Made by a program: the position numbers and the translations under genes. Below, piece after piece: positions 1 through 10,642 of a stretch of DNA of 64,000 bases. The notes below the pieces were generated by a model. It worked only from the letters and a program-made list of their open reading frames with translations, ran no database searches and was not told where the DNA came from. Origin of the DNA: Nitrospira japonica (lineage in GTDB: Bacteria > Nitrospirota > Thermodesulfovibrionia > Thermodesulfovibrionales > SM23-35); NCBI GenBank assembly GCA_020725385.1, contig DYFC01000010.1, forward strand, positions 33,785-97,784, written 5' to 3'. Each line of letters opens with the position of its first letter. Position 1 is the stretch's first letter.

Positions 1-435
1 ATCAAAAAAACTTTTATCACCGGTCATGCAAATTATTTTCTCTTTTAAATCTTTCTCACATTGGAAGGGATCAATTATTTTACCGGATGTTATTTCGATT
101 GCTCCGGAATTTATAGTGAAATCTCTTTTTGCAAGGTCCTCTTCAATGGTCTTCCCCCGCATTTCTGATATATCAATAAAACTTGAAATATCATCTCTGT
201 CAACAACTCTATAGCAGGGTTCATCGGCCTTTTTCTCAAAAGGCACAAAAGTAGCATTTTTTCTCTTTGAAATTTCAAGAGCTATTTCTTTAGCATTTTT
301 GCATGTAATATCAATATCTTTCGGCTCTTTTCCTAATAGAATATCCCGTACTGTACCACCTACGAGATAGAATTCTGTCTTTTCGAGAATATCCCTGTCA
401 AGCCATTTCCTAACTATATAATCCATTTTTATCAT
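1..435 (-). CDS. CCA-adding enzyme / poly(A) polymerase family nucleotidyltransferase, N-terminal part (runs off the window)
   Basis: Not in the ORF track. Manual translation gives FYLVGGTVRDILLGKEPKDIDI and EEDLAKRDFTIN motifs. Start could be 426, 435 or 444. Confidence 0.85.
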   Translation of the reverse strand, partial: MIKMDYIVRKWLDRDILEKTEFYLVGGTVRDILLGKEPKDIDITCKNAKEIALEISKRKNATFVPFEKKADEPCYRVVDRDDISSFIDISEMRGKTIEEDLAKRDFTINSGAIEITSGKIIDPFQCEKDLKEKIICMTGDKSFFD

Positions 436-491
436 ATTTTCCATATTTTTTGTAATGGTGTATTATATTATCTAACATTTTTTTAAAATAG

Positions 492-2534
<2,043 letters not shown>

Positions 2535-2554
2535 ATAAAGGAGGTGGATTTAAA

Positions 2555-2929
2555 ATGAAAGCTTTAACTTTAGGTATGGTCTTGATTTGTGTATTAATTA
2601 CAGCAGCAGGATGTGCTTCTAAGGGAACCGGACACATTGAAAGCATTGCAAGCGCTGAACTCGGAATTAAAATAGCAAAAGATAGCAATGCGACAATTAA
2701 CGCACCTCTTGAACTCAAATTTGCCGAGGACAAGCTGTCTGCTGCAAGAATAGCAGCAACCAGAGAGGATTTTGTAACCGCAAAACGTCTTGCTGATGAG
2801 GCTCTGGTTGACGCCAAGCTTGCCGAGTCAAAATCAATTACAATCAAAGCAAAAAAACAGGCACAGGAAATGCGTGATGCTATAGATACATTACGCAAAG
2901 AAATTGACCGCACACAAATGCAGAAATAA
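2555..2929 (+). CDS. DUF4398-family lipoprotein
   Basis: Lipobox AAGC, Ala-rich helices, paired with a downstream OmpA-domain gene. Confidence 0.8.
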   Translation: MKALTLGMVLICVLITAAGCASKGTGHIESIASAELGIKIAKDSNATINAPLELKFAEDKLSAARIAATREDFVTAKRLADEALVDAKLAESKSITIKAKKQAQEMRDAIDTLRKEIDRTQMQK

Positions 2930-2948
2930 TAAACATGGAGAAAATGCT

Positions 2949-4583
2949 ATGAAAAATCATTTATATAATTTAACCAAAGGATTTTTACTCTTTTTTATTG
3001 CTTCAGTTTTTGCTGCAGGATGTGCAACTGTACCTGAAAGAAATGTTGCACTTGAAAATGCACGCGCAATATATGAAAAGGCTCAAGCAAACCCTGAAGT
3101 CTCAAAAAATGCTCCTGTAGCTTTGCATGAAGCTGCCCAGGCACTTAATAGAGCAGAGAAGGCAAAGAACAATGAGGAAAAAACACATCTTGCATATATA
3201 GCAGAAAAAATGGCTCAAATAGCTATTTCACTGGCCGAACAAAAAACATCGGAAAAAGAAGCTGAAGAGTTAAGTCAGGAGAAAAACAAGATAGTTCTTC
3301 AGGCTCGCGAGATTGAACTTAAGAAAGCGCTTAATTTAGCTGAAGCAAGATTGCAGGATGCAGAACGTGCAAGAAAGCAGGCAGAAACAAAAGCTCTTGA
3401 ATTAGAAAAATCCAAAGGGGAAGCTGAACTGCTTGCACGACAGGCCGAAGCTGCAAAAAAAGAGATAGAAGCAAGAATTATTGAGCTTGAAAGAGCAAAA
3501 AAAGAAGCTGAAATTCTTGCACAACAAAGGGAAGAAGCAAGAAAAGCTGCTGAAAATTCTGCTGTTCAGGCTGAACTTGCAAGAAAAGAAGCAGAAGCAA
3601 GGGCAATTGAACTTGAAAAAGCAAAACAACTGGCTGAAACAAGAGCTATCGAAATTCAAAGAGCCAAAGAACAGGTTGAATCTCTTGCAAGGATAAACGA
3701 AATAGCGAGAAAGGAAGCAGAGGCAAAAGCTCTTGAAATAGAACGTACAAAAGGACAGGTTGACTCTCTCTTAAAACAGAATGAAGCTGCAAAGAAAGAA
3801 CTCGAGGCAAGAGAAATTGAGATCGAAAGAGCTAAAAAATTAGCAGAAGCATTAGCCCAGCAAAACGAAGCTGCAAGAAGAGAAGCCGAAGCAAGAGCAC
3901 TTGAGATTGAAAGAGCTAAAAAATTAGCAGAAACACTGACACAGCAAAACGAAGCTGCAAAGAAAGAACTCGAAGCAAGAGAAATTGAGCTTAAAAAAAT
4001 AAGGGGCGAAGCAGAAGAAAAGACCATCGAGGCTGAAAAAGCAAGAAAAGAAGCCGAGAAAAAAGCCTTTGAGCTTGCCAAGGCAAGAGAAGAGACTGAA
4101 ATCAAGAAACTTGAAGCAGAAATGGCGCGCAGTAAAATTGAAGAAACAATGGCTCAAAGAAGACTTCTTGAAAAAGAATTAAGTGAGCTAAAAGCTAAAC
4201 AGACTGACAGGGGCATAGTGCTTACTCTTGGGGATATTCTTTTTGAAACAGGAAAAGCCAATTTAATGCCAGGCGCCAGAAGAACAATCAACACAATCGC
4301 AGATTTTTTAAAGAAATACCCTAAAAGGAATATTGTTATCGAAGGATTTACTGACAATGTAGGCAACGACAAATTTAATATCAAGCTCTCACAGCGTAGA
4401 GCCAGTGCAGTAAGAACTGCTTTAATGAATAAAGGCATTTCCTCCGATAGAATTGCAGTAAAAGGATATGGTAAACAATATCCTGTAGCTACAAACAAGA
4501 CAGCAGAAGGAAGACAACAAAACAGAAGAGTAGAAATAGTAATACTCGATGAAGGTGTTCCTGCAGAAAAAATGTTACGCTAA
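2949..4583 (+). CDS. Lipoprotein with DUF4398-like N-terminus, long coiled coil and C-terminal OmpA peptidoglycan-binding domain
   Basis: Lipobox FAAGC; EGFTD...LSQRRA...NRRVE OmpA motifs; ATG at 2949 follows GGAG. Confidence 0.88.
   Translation: MKNHLYNLTKGFLLFFIASVFAAGCATVPERNVALENARAIYEKAQANPEVSKNAPVALHEAAQALNRAEKAKNNEEKTHLAYIAEKMAQIAISLAEQKTSEKEAEELSQEKNKIVLQAREIELKKALNLAEARLQDAERARKQAETKALELEKSKGEAELLARQAEAAKKEIEARIIELERAKKEAEILAQQREEARKAAENSAVQAELARKEAEARAIELEKAKQLAETRAIEIQRAKEQVESLARINEIARKEAEAKALEIERTKGQVDSLLKQNEAAKKELEAREIEIERAKKLAEALAQQNEAARREAEARALEIERAKKLAETLTQQNEAAKKELEAREIELKKIRGEAEEKTIEAEKARKEAEKKAFELAKAREETEIKKLEAEMARSKIEETMAQRRLLEKELSELKAKQTDRGIVLTLGDILFETGKANLMPGARRTINTIADFLKKYPKRNIVIEGFTDNVGNDKFNIKLSQRRASAVRTALMNKGISSDRIAVKGYGKQYPVATNKTAEGRQQNRRVEIVILDEGVPAEKMLR
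3400..4000 (+). repeat. Intragenic ~84-bp (28-aa) tandem repeats in the OmpA-protein coiled coil
   Basis: Recurring QQNEAA(K/R)(K/R)E(L/A)EAR(E/A)(I/L)EIERAKKLAE unit; near-identical DNA between about 3775 and 3990. Confidence 0.8.
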
Positions 4584-4594
4584 AAATATATCCG

Positions 4595-4673
4595 GAGTCT
4601 GTGTATAAACACTTCGTTTGTCTTTTCCGGGTCAGTTAAGAATTTATAAGATAAACGGGATATACACAGACTC
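4595..4673. repeat. Long intergenic inverted repeat between convergent genes
   Basis: GAGTCTGTGTATA (4595-4607) pairs with TATACACAGACTC (4661-4673); inner arm CGTTTGTCTT/AAGATAAACG. Confidence 0.7.
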
Positions 4674-4676
4674 TAC

Positions 4677-5597
4677 CTATAGTCTGCCTTCTTCTTTTAG
4701 CCTGCTAACAATTTTCTGTATTTCTGGTAAGGCTGAGATTGCAGCTTTTTCTCCTTCAAGCACTGCTTCATGTCTTTTCGAGAAATCTGCTGCGCCAATA
4801 TAGCCGACTTTCGGCTTTATAACCACATCAGCTTTTGCAAGCTGTATTGAAGATAATTTTGAATACATTATATTTATTGACTGCATAATTGTTTCAATTG
4901 TTCCTTTAGGCATTGCTGATGAGGCATCACCTGAAATATCCACTGCAATTACAACATCAGCTCCCATTTTTCTTGCAGCATCTACTGCAACAGGACTGAC
5001 AACCCCGCCATCAACATACATCTTTCCTGAAATTACCGGAGGAATAAAAACACCTGGAATCGAGCAACTTGCTCTAACAGCAGTACCTGTATTTCCTGTT
5101 CCAAATATTACCTCATTACCCGTTTGAACATCTGTTGCCACTGCATAAAAAGGTATTCTTAATTTTTCCATGGGAGTATTTCTGAGCATAAAATTGATAT
5201 ATTTTTCGAGTTTCTCGCCCTTGATAAATCCATTATCAGGAATCCCGAGGTCAACTAAATCATCTTTTTGAAGCTCGAATGAAAATTTCTGGAGTTCGAA
5301 TGCATTGAATCCGTAAGCGTATAAAGAACCTACAAAACTTCCTGCGCTTGTTCCTACAACCATATGTATAGGAATCTTATTAGCTTCAAGAATTTTTAAG
5401 ACGCCAATGTGGGCAAATCCCTTTGAAGCTCCGGCTCCAAGAACTACTGCTATCTTTGCTGGTTTTACAGGTGGTTTAGTTTCAACAGGAGCACAGGAAA
5501 ACGAATTAAAAAAAATTAACAATAAAAGAGTAAAAAAGTTAATTCTTTTTATAAAATTTGTGGTACAGATATATTTTGTTTCCAGTAACATAAACAT
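4677..5597 (-). CDS. Patatin-like phospholipase (probable lipoprotein)
   Basis: GAGASKG oxyanion loop, GTSAG nucleophile, DGG motif; signal peptide ending FSC. Confidence 0.92.
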   Translation of the reverse strand: MFMLLETKYICTTNFIKRINFFTLLLLIFFNSFSCAPVETKPPVKPAKIAVVLGAGASKGFAHIGVLKILEANKIPIHMVVGTSAGSFVGSLYAYGFNAFELQKFSFELQKDDLVDLGIPDNGFIKGEKLEKYINFMLRNTPMEKLRIPFYAVATDVQTGNEVIFGTGNTGTAVRASCSIPGVFIPPVISGKMYVDGGVVSPVAVDAARKMGADVVIAVDISGDASSAMPKGTIETIMQSINIMYSKLSSIQLAKADVVIKPKVGYIGAADFSKRHEAVLEGEKAAISALPEIQKIVSRLKEEGRL

Positions 5598-5721
5598 TGC
5601 TTTAAAGCCCTCATCTCCGTAGAAACAGTCTAATAATTATATATACCAAAAACATTATAATTAAAGAAATTATGAAAATATTATAGTCCATGTTATCTTC
5701 GATTATCTTCAATTTAAAGGT

Positions 5722-6129
5722 TTATTTAATAACCCGGGACACTATTTTTACAATGAATGTTGCTGATTTAATGGCTTCTTTTGCATCTTTTGAGTCATAC
5801 TCATCTGTTGGAATAAAGTCCTCATCCCCATAAAATGCAAGTTCTCTTTCCTTGCGAAGTTTTTTAGAGATTTTTACAATCTTATCGAGTTCCCTGGAAA
5901 TAAATACAGGCAATAAAGATTTGTTTTCTTTTAATATCGGGCTTACATCATGCCATTTTGGTGGTTCAATTCCAACATATCTAAGTAAACCCTTCAAAGC
6001 AAGTTCGACGATCTCTTGAGCCTCTCTTATAACATCAGAATAAGCTTCTTCTTTAAAAAGAACATCAAGTATTTTTAATCTTTTAGTTGCCTTAATTAGA
6101 TAACTCTTTGCCAGATTATTTGTTGTCAT
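5722..6129 (-). CDS. HEPN-domain protein (toxin of an MNT-HEPN pair)
   Basis: AQEIVELALKG, PPKWHDV and RELAFYG motifs; overlaps the upstream MNT gene. Confidence 0.88.
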   Translation of the reverse strand: MTTNNLAKSYLIKATKRLKILDVLFKEEAYSDVIREAQEIVELALKGLLRYVGIEPPKWHDVSPILKENKSLLPVFISRELDKIVKISKKLRKERELAFYGDEDFIPTDEYDSKDAKEAIKSATFIVKIVSRVIK

Positions 6130-6590
6130 AGCTCGATTATTTCGCCTGGCTTTAAGTCAGGTTTTAAAATCCAATACCACCTTGTTCCTAAAAAAACTCG
6201 TTTTGATCCAAGTTTTTTAAACTTTATTTTTAAATTTTCAATTTTTCTTTTAAAAAAATCATTTTTATCATAAATAATGATTGAATCGTTAACCATATCA
6301 AAAAGAAGGGGGGTTCCATATTTAATTTCCTCAGGAGTTTTGATAATTGGTGATATATAATGAGGAACATTTTTAACTTTTTCTTCCACATTATCTATAA
6401 ACTCTTCGATTCTTTTCATCTTTCTTTTATGGAGTCCTTCAACTATTAATAGCAAATCCATATCTGATTCAGGCGTACATGTGCCTCTTGAAAAAGAACC
6501 AAAAATTATCAAACTAATAAGTCTCTCCTTGTAATAGTTAAGGACACATTCTTTTATTTCTTTAATATATTTTTTAAAGTCTTTTCTCAT
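6126..6590 (-). CDS. Minimal nucleotidyltransferase (MNT antitoxin)
   Basis: FGSFSRG...SDMDLL (GS-x10-DxD) motif. Confidence 0.88.
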   Translation of the reverse strand: MRKDFKKYIKEIKECVLNYYKERLISLIIFGSFSRGTCTPESDMDLLLIVEGLHKRKMKRIEEFIDNVEEKVKNVPHYISPIIKTPEEIKYGTPLLFDMVNDSIIIYDKNDFFKRKIENLKIKFKKLGSKRVFLGTRWYWILKPDLKPGEIIEL

Positions 6591-6642
6591 AGAAAAACTA
6601 TAACAAAATGTAATCAAATCTGCAAATTATTGTTCATAGTGT

Positions 6643-6803
6643 GAGCAAGTTATGGCAAAAAAAGAGTCAAGATTCCCGGTCACTTATATTTCTTCTGAAT
6701 AACAATGCGAACCTTTTCCCCTATCATTCCAAGACCCTCACTCTCTGTCATTCCCGGCGAAGCGAGGAATCTTTAAGCTTTCTAAATTGACTGCGAATTG
6801 CTG
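6643..6803 (-). mobile_element. Degenerate copy of the ~136-bp MITE/REP-like element
   Basis: Ends ACTGCGAATTGCTG; internal GTCATTCCCGGCGAAGCGAGGAATCT; aligns by eye with the copy at 28273 plus a short insertion. Confidence 0.65.
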
Positions 6804-6847
6804 TTATAGGATAGAATTAGCGATAAAACCTGATAATACGCTGTTAT

Positions 6848-7903
6848 TTATTCTTTCCCCATTGGAGTTGCAAGTTTTCGCAATTGCTCCTTTGTAAGTG
6901 GTGAACCATATCCTGCGTATTGTAATCCTAAAAATATCATATTCTCAAATGGCTCCCATTTACCGTTTATATAGTTAAAAGGAATAAATTTATATTCAAC
7001 TCCTTCAGCAATAGGGACGATTCCTTTTGACTGCTTGAGTTCGCCATTTTCAAGCCATGTGAGTACAAAAGAACCGTTTTGTGCTGTTTTTGCATTTTCA
7101 GAACCATGACAATCAGAACATTTTCTCCCTTCTTTCACAACAGAATGACTGTTTTGAGGAGCAAATATAAGAAAAGTTTTATTGTCTTTTAAGACATATG
7201 TCTGCATATTTCCAGAAGTGACCTGACCGTTATAATTAATTAAAAATGTCCAGCCCGAGAGTTTCATATCAACACGTTTTTTATCATTAATCAAGGTTTC
7301 AAAATGACAGTTTGTGCAACTAACTACATGTCTTACATGACATGCGTTGCAATCGAGTCTTCCATTATGTATTTTGTGGGCTGTGGTTTCAGTTAAAGTC
7401 TTATGACAATTTTCACATTTTGCATCGATTGCCCCTGTCTGTTTCATAGAATTGTATTCCTTGCCATCTCCATGAACATCCCTTGCAGTATGGCAGTCCA
7501 TGCATTGCATGCCCTTTGAAAAATGCACATCTTCCTGTTTATTATCTGAATCTATTTTCATTATTGTTCTTTCTCTTTTATGGCAACTCAAGCAAACATC
7601 CTGATTTCTCGCTGCTTTCACAGTATAGAATGATTTATTCCCCTCAATAGTTTTATGGCAAACATCACATGAACCAATATGGCAATTTATACAATCCAGC
7701 TTCTCACTTAAATATGGCAACCCTGTGTGAGTCTCAAGACCGCCATTTTCTTTATCATACCAGTAAGCCATCCCTTTTGTTGTAAAGTGAAGACTTGAAT
7801 TAAAAAAAGATTGCTGGCCTTTTGATTCTGCAGCTATACCAATTCCTGAAATAATTAAAATTAAAAAAATAGCTAAAATAATTCTGTTAACTATCTTTAA
7901 CAT
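6848..7903 (-). CDS. Exported octaheme c-type cytochrome
   Basis: Eight CxxCH motifs (CINCH, CDVCH, CLSCH, CMDCH, CENCH, CNACH, CTNCH, CSDCH), N-terminal signal peptide, GGAGGT before ATG 7903. Confidence 0.9.
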   Translation of the reverse strand: MLKIVNRIILAIFLILIISGIGIAAESKGQQSFFNSSLHFTTKGMAYWYDKENGGLETHTGLPYLSEKLDCINCHIGSCDVCHKTIEGNKSFYTVKAARNQDVCLSCHKRERTIMKIDSDNKQEDVHFSKGMQCMDCHTARDVHGDGKEYNSMKQTGAIDAKCENCHKTLTETTAHKIHNGRLDCNACHVRHVVSCTNCHFETLINDKKRVDMKLSGWTFLINYNGQVTSGNMQTYVLKDNKTFLIFAPQNSHSVVKEGRKCSDCHGSENAKTAQNGSFVLTWLENGELKQSKGIVPIAEGVEYKFIPFNYINGKWEPFENMIFLGLQYAGYGSPLTKEQLRKLATPMGKE

Positions 7904-7930
7904 AAATACCTCCATAAAATATAAAGATAC

Positions 7931-8098
7931 TCAAACCCTATCGCATGGCCTGCGTGCAATCTTTTCAAGACTTTGCTCATCAACTTCATTGATGTATTCT
8001 TTCAAAGGGAATTTTTTACCGCACTCCATGCAGTTAAATGTAATTACCCTTCAACCTATAATTAACTTTATTTTGCCACCACATTCTTTACATTGCAT
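7931..8098 (-). CDS. Small dual-CXXC (seleno)protein, 55 aa, in-frame UGA at codon 16
   Basis: Reads MQCKECGGKIKLIIG-U-RVITFNCMECGKKFPLKEYINEVDEQSLEKIARRPCDRV. TGA at 8053-8051 is followed by a SECIS-like hairpin. Missed by the ORF track. Confidence 0.8.
8018..8034 (-). promoter_or_regulatory. Putative bacterial SECIS hairpin
   Basis: ACUGCA-UGGAG-UGCGGU stem-loop. The loop starts 22 nt after the UGA and has G at its second position. Confidence 0.7.
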
Positions 8099-8312
8099 AA
8101 CGTTATAGTATAACTCTACTTTATTTTGAAATCCAAGAATAAAATGAAAAAGCAACCAAGTTGCCAAGCTACCAAGATTGTACAGCGTAAGCATATAAAA
8201 TATGAAATGATAAATTACACTTTACACTTTATTTTTCACGTGCTCACTTTTAGCGTCTTTATTACTCTCTGCTCTTCGCTCTTAGCTTGATAGTTTATGG
8301 TATTATTAAGTT

Positions 8313-8915
8313 ATGTTATCACCCGGTGAAGAAAAGGCATGGGAAATACTTGAGAAACTCGATCCTTTAAGTGTATGTAAGAATTCTTTAGCTATATATG
8401 ATGAAAAGGATAATCATTACATTTTAAGAGCATTTGATTCAAATATCTTCATATCCCCCGATAAAAGAACGCTCAGCAGCAATTCGTCTGAAGGTGAAAT
8501 TCTCATTAACCGTTATGGATATTTTTTCGTTCACTCATGTCTTTGGTATTTAATAAAATCTAAAAATATACCTTTTACAGAGAGACTTGTTAGACCTTCT
8601 GACATTAAAGATGGATCTTCTTTTTTCAAAGGAAGTCATTCACTTCCATTATCAAGACTTGCAGAAAAATATGGCAATGCCAAAGATACTTTTCTTGATA
8701 ATTCTTATAAATTTGGGGCGTTATTACAGAATTTTGGGGATGCATCTATAAGACTTTTTCCAATGCCGAGAATTCCTGTCACAGTAATTTTATGGTTAAA
8801 GGATGAAGAATTCCCGGCAAGGGCTGATTTACTTTTCGACTCATCATGTGAAATCCATTTACCTGTTGATATTCTCTGGTCTATAGCAATGTTCAGCATT
8901 CTAATTCTATTATGA
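8313..8915 (+). CDS. DUF3786-family protein
   Basis: GDAS...PRIPVTVILW.DEEFPARADLLFD pattern. Confidence 0.75.
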   Translation: MLSPGEEKAWEILEKLDPLSVCKNSLAIYDEKDNHYILRAFDSNIFISPDKRTLSSNSSEGEILINRYGYFFVHSCLWYLIKSKNIPFTERLVRPSDIKDGSSFFKGSHSLPLSRLAEKYGNAKDTFLDNSYKFGALLQNFGDASIRLFPMPRIPVTVILWLKDEEFPARADLLFDSSCEIHLPVDILWSIAMFSILILL

Positions 8916-10540
8916 GCTGGAAGCTTAAAGAGAAAGCTGATTTATTGTTATCAAAAGAACAGGGCACAATATTCAAAGACCCGGGCGGGAAAATTAACAT
9001 CGCTCTTGTTTATCCAAATACATACCACATAGGAATGTCGAATCTCGGGTTTCAAGGAATATACGGTCTTTTAAATAACATAAACGATGTTGTCTGCGAG
9101 AGAGTTTTTTTACCCGATGAAAAAGATATTGAAGAATTCTTTAGGACTAATACAGAACTTTTTTCGCTCGAATCAAAAAGACCTCTTCATAGTTTTGATA
9201 TTATTGCTTTTTCAATCTCTTTTGAGAACGATTATCCAAATATAACAAAAATTTTTGCACTTTCAAGAACACCTTTTTTCAGTTCGAAAAGGACAGAAAA
9301 ACACCCTTTAATAATTCTGGGCGGTGTCTGCGCTTTTTTAAATCCAGAACCTGTTGCAGATTTTTTTGATATAGTTTTTATCGGAGAAGCGGATGAAATG
9401 CTTCCTGATTTTATAAATATATGCAGGGGGTCTGCCGGAAAAGCAGATATATTACATAAATCTCTTTCGATTGAAGGATGTTATATACCTTCTTTTTACA
9501 GAATATCTTATACATCTAATGGAACAATAAAAAAAAGAGAAGCTTTATATGGAGCACCTGATACAATCAAAAGGCGAATTTTCAATGATATTTCAAAATC
9601 GAAAATCTTTACATCTATAATTACATCTGAAACTGAATTTTCAGAAATGTCTCTAATTGAAGCCATGAGAGGTTGTCCATGGAATTGCAGGTTCTGCGCT
9701 GTTGGTAAGATATACAATCCGCCAAGAAGAAAAGATTTAACTGTTATTAAAGGAGAAATACAAGAGGCACTTAAAAAGACAGAAAGAGTTGGATTAATAG
9801 GACCTTCTCTTTCAGATTATCCTTTTATAAAAGAGACCCTTCAGATTGAAGGGGTTGATTTCTCGATCACATCATTGAGGGCAGGGACAAAGAGTACCGA
9901 ACTTATAAAATTTATGAAAGGCCATAAAAGTGTCTCAATAGCTCCTGAAGCAGGCACCGACAGATTGCGCAAGGTTATTAATAAGAAAATAACAGAAGAT
10001 GATATTCTCTTTACTTCTGAACAACTTTTTCTTGAAGGGATAGAAACTCTACGGCTTTATTTTATGATTGGACTTCCTACCGAGACAGATGAAGATATTA
10101 AAGGTATAGTGAACCTCATCAAAAAAATCAGAGCAATATCTTCCAGAGGTTTTATTACATTAAGTATAAGCACCTTTGTACCAAAGCCTTTTACTCCATT
10201 TCAGTGGCATCCTATGGAGAAAGAAACAGTTGTAAAAAACCGTCTGATGTATATAAAGAAGAGTCTTCTTCAAATTAAGGGTGTTAAAGTATTCCACGAT
10301 GTTCCTAAATATGCATATATGCAGGGCCTTTTCTCACAAGGCAACAGACATATTTCAAAAGTTTTAGCAGTAATGATAAAACAATCAGATTGGTTGAAAG
10401 CAGCTGAAGAGTCCGGCATTGATAAAGATTTCTTTATTTTCAGAAAAAAGGACTTCTCCGAAATTCTGCCATGGGATTTCATTGATAATAGAATCTCTAA
10501 AATCAAGTTATGGGAAGAATATCAGGAAGCCTTTTCCTGA
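8912..10540 (+). CDS. Radical SAM protein with B12-binding-like N-terminus (TIGR03960-like)
   Basis: YPNTYHIGMSNLG, RGCPWNCRFC, FVPKPFTPFQW, LPWDFID motifs. Confidence 0.85.
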   Translation: MSWKLKEKADLLLSKEQGTIFKDPGGKINIALVYPNTYHIGMSNLGFQGIYGLLNNINDVVCERVFLPDEKDIEEFFRTNTELFSLESKRPLHSFDIIAFSISFENDYPNITKIFALSRTPFFSSKRTEKHPLIILGGVCAFLNPEPVADFFDIVFIGEADEMLPDFINICRGSAGKADILHKSLSIEGCYIPSFYRISYTSNGTIKKREALYGAPDTIKRRIFNDISKSKIFTSIITSETEFSEMSLIEAMRGCPWNCRFCAVGKIYNPPRRKDLTVIKGEIQEALKKTERVGLIGPSLSDYPFIKETLQIEGVDFSITSLRAGTKSTELIKFMKGHKSVSIAPEAGTDRLRKVINKKITEDDILFTSEQLFLEGIETLRLYFMIGLPTETDEDIKGIVNLIKKIRAISSRGFITLSISTFVPKPFTPFQWHPMEKETVVKNRLMYIKKSLLQIKGVKVFHDVPKYAYMQGLFSQGNRHISKVLAVMIKQSDWLKAAEESGIDKDFFIFRKKDFSEILPWDFIDNRISKIKLWEEYQEAFS

Positions 10541-10642
10541 ATTCAGACAATAAAGACATTACTTATATAATCAAAAGTAACGAGTTATCAACCTTGAAAG
10601 ATAGCAAGCAAACCAGCAAAAATTGCAGATATTGGATTAAAT

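Noticed and set aside
8150-8290. Imperfect 8-bp periodic sequence (CAACCAAG TTGCCAAG CTACCAAG and similar)
   Set aside because: Too short and degenerate to call iterons or an array; looks like low-complexity intergenic DNA.
8912-10540. Second radical SAM as a peptide maturase for the nearby selenoprotein
   Set aside because: It lacks a SPASM domain, matches a widespread housekeeping-type family and is divergently transcribed.
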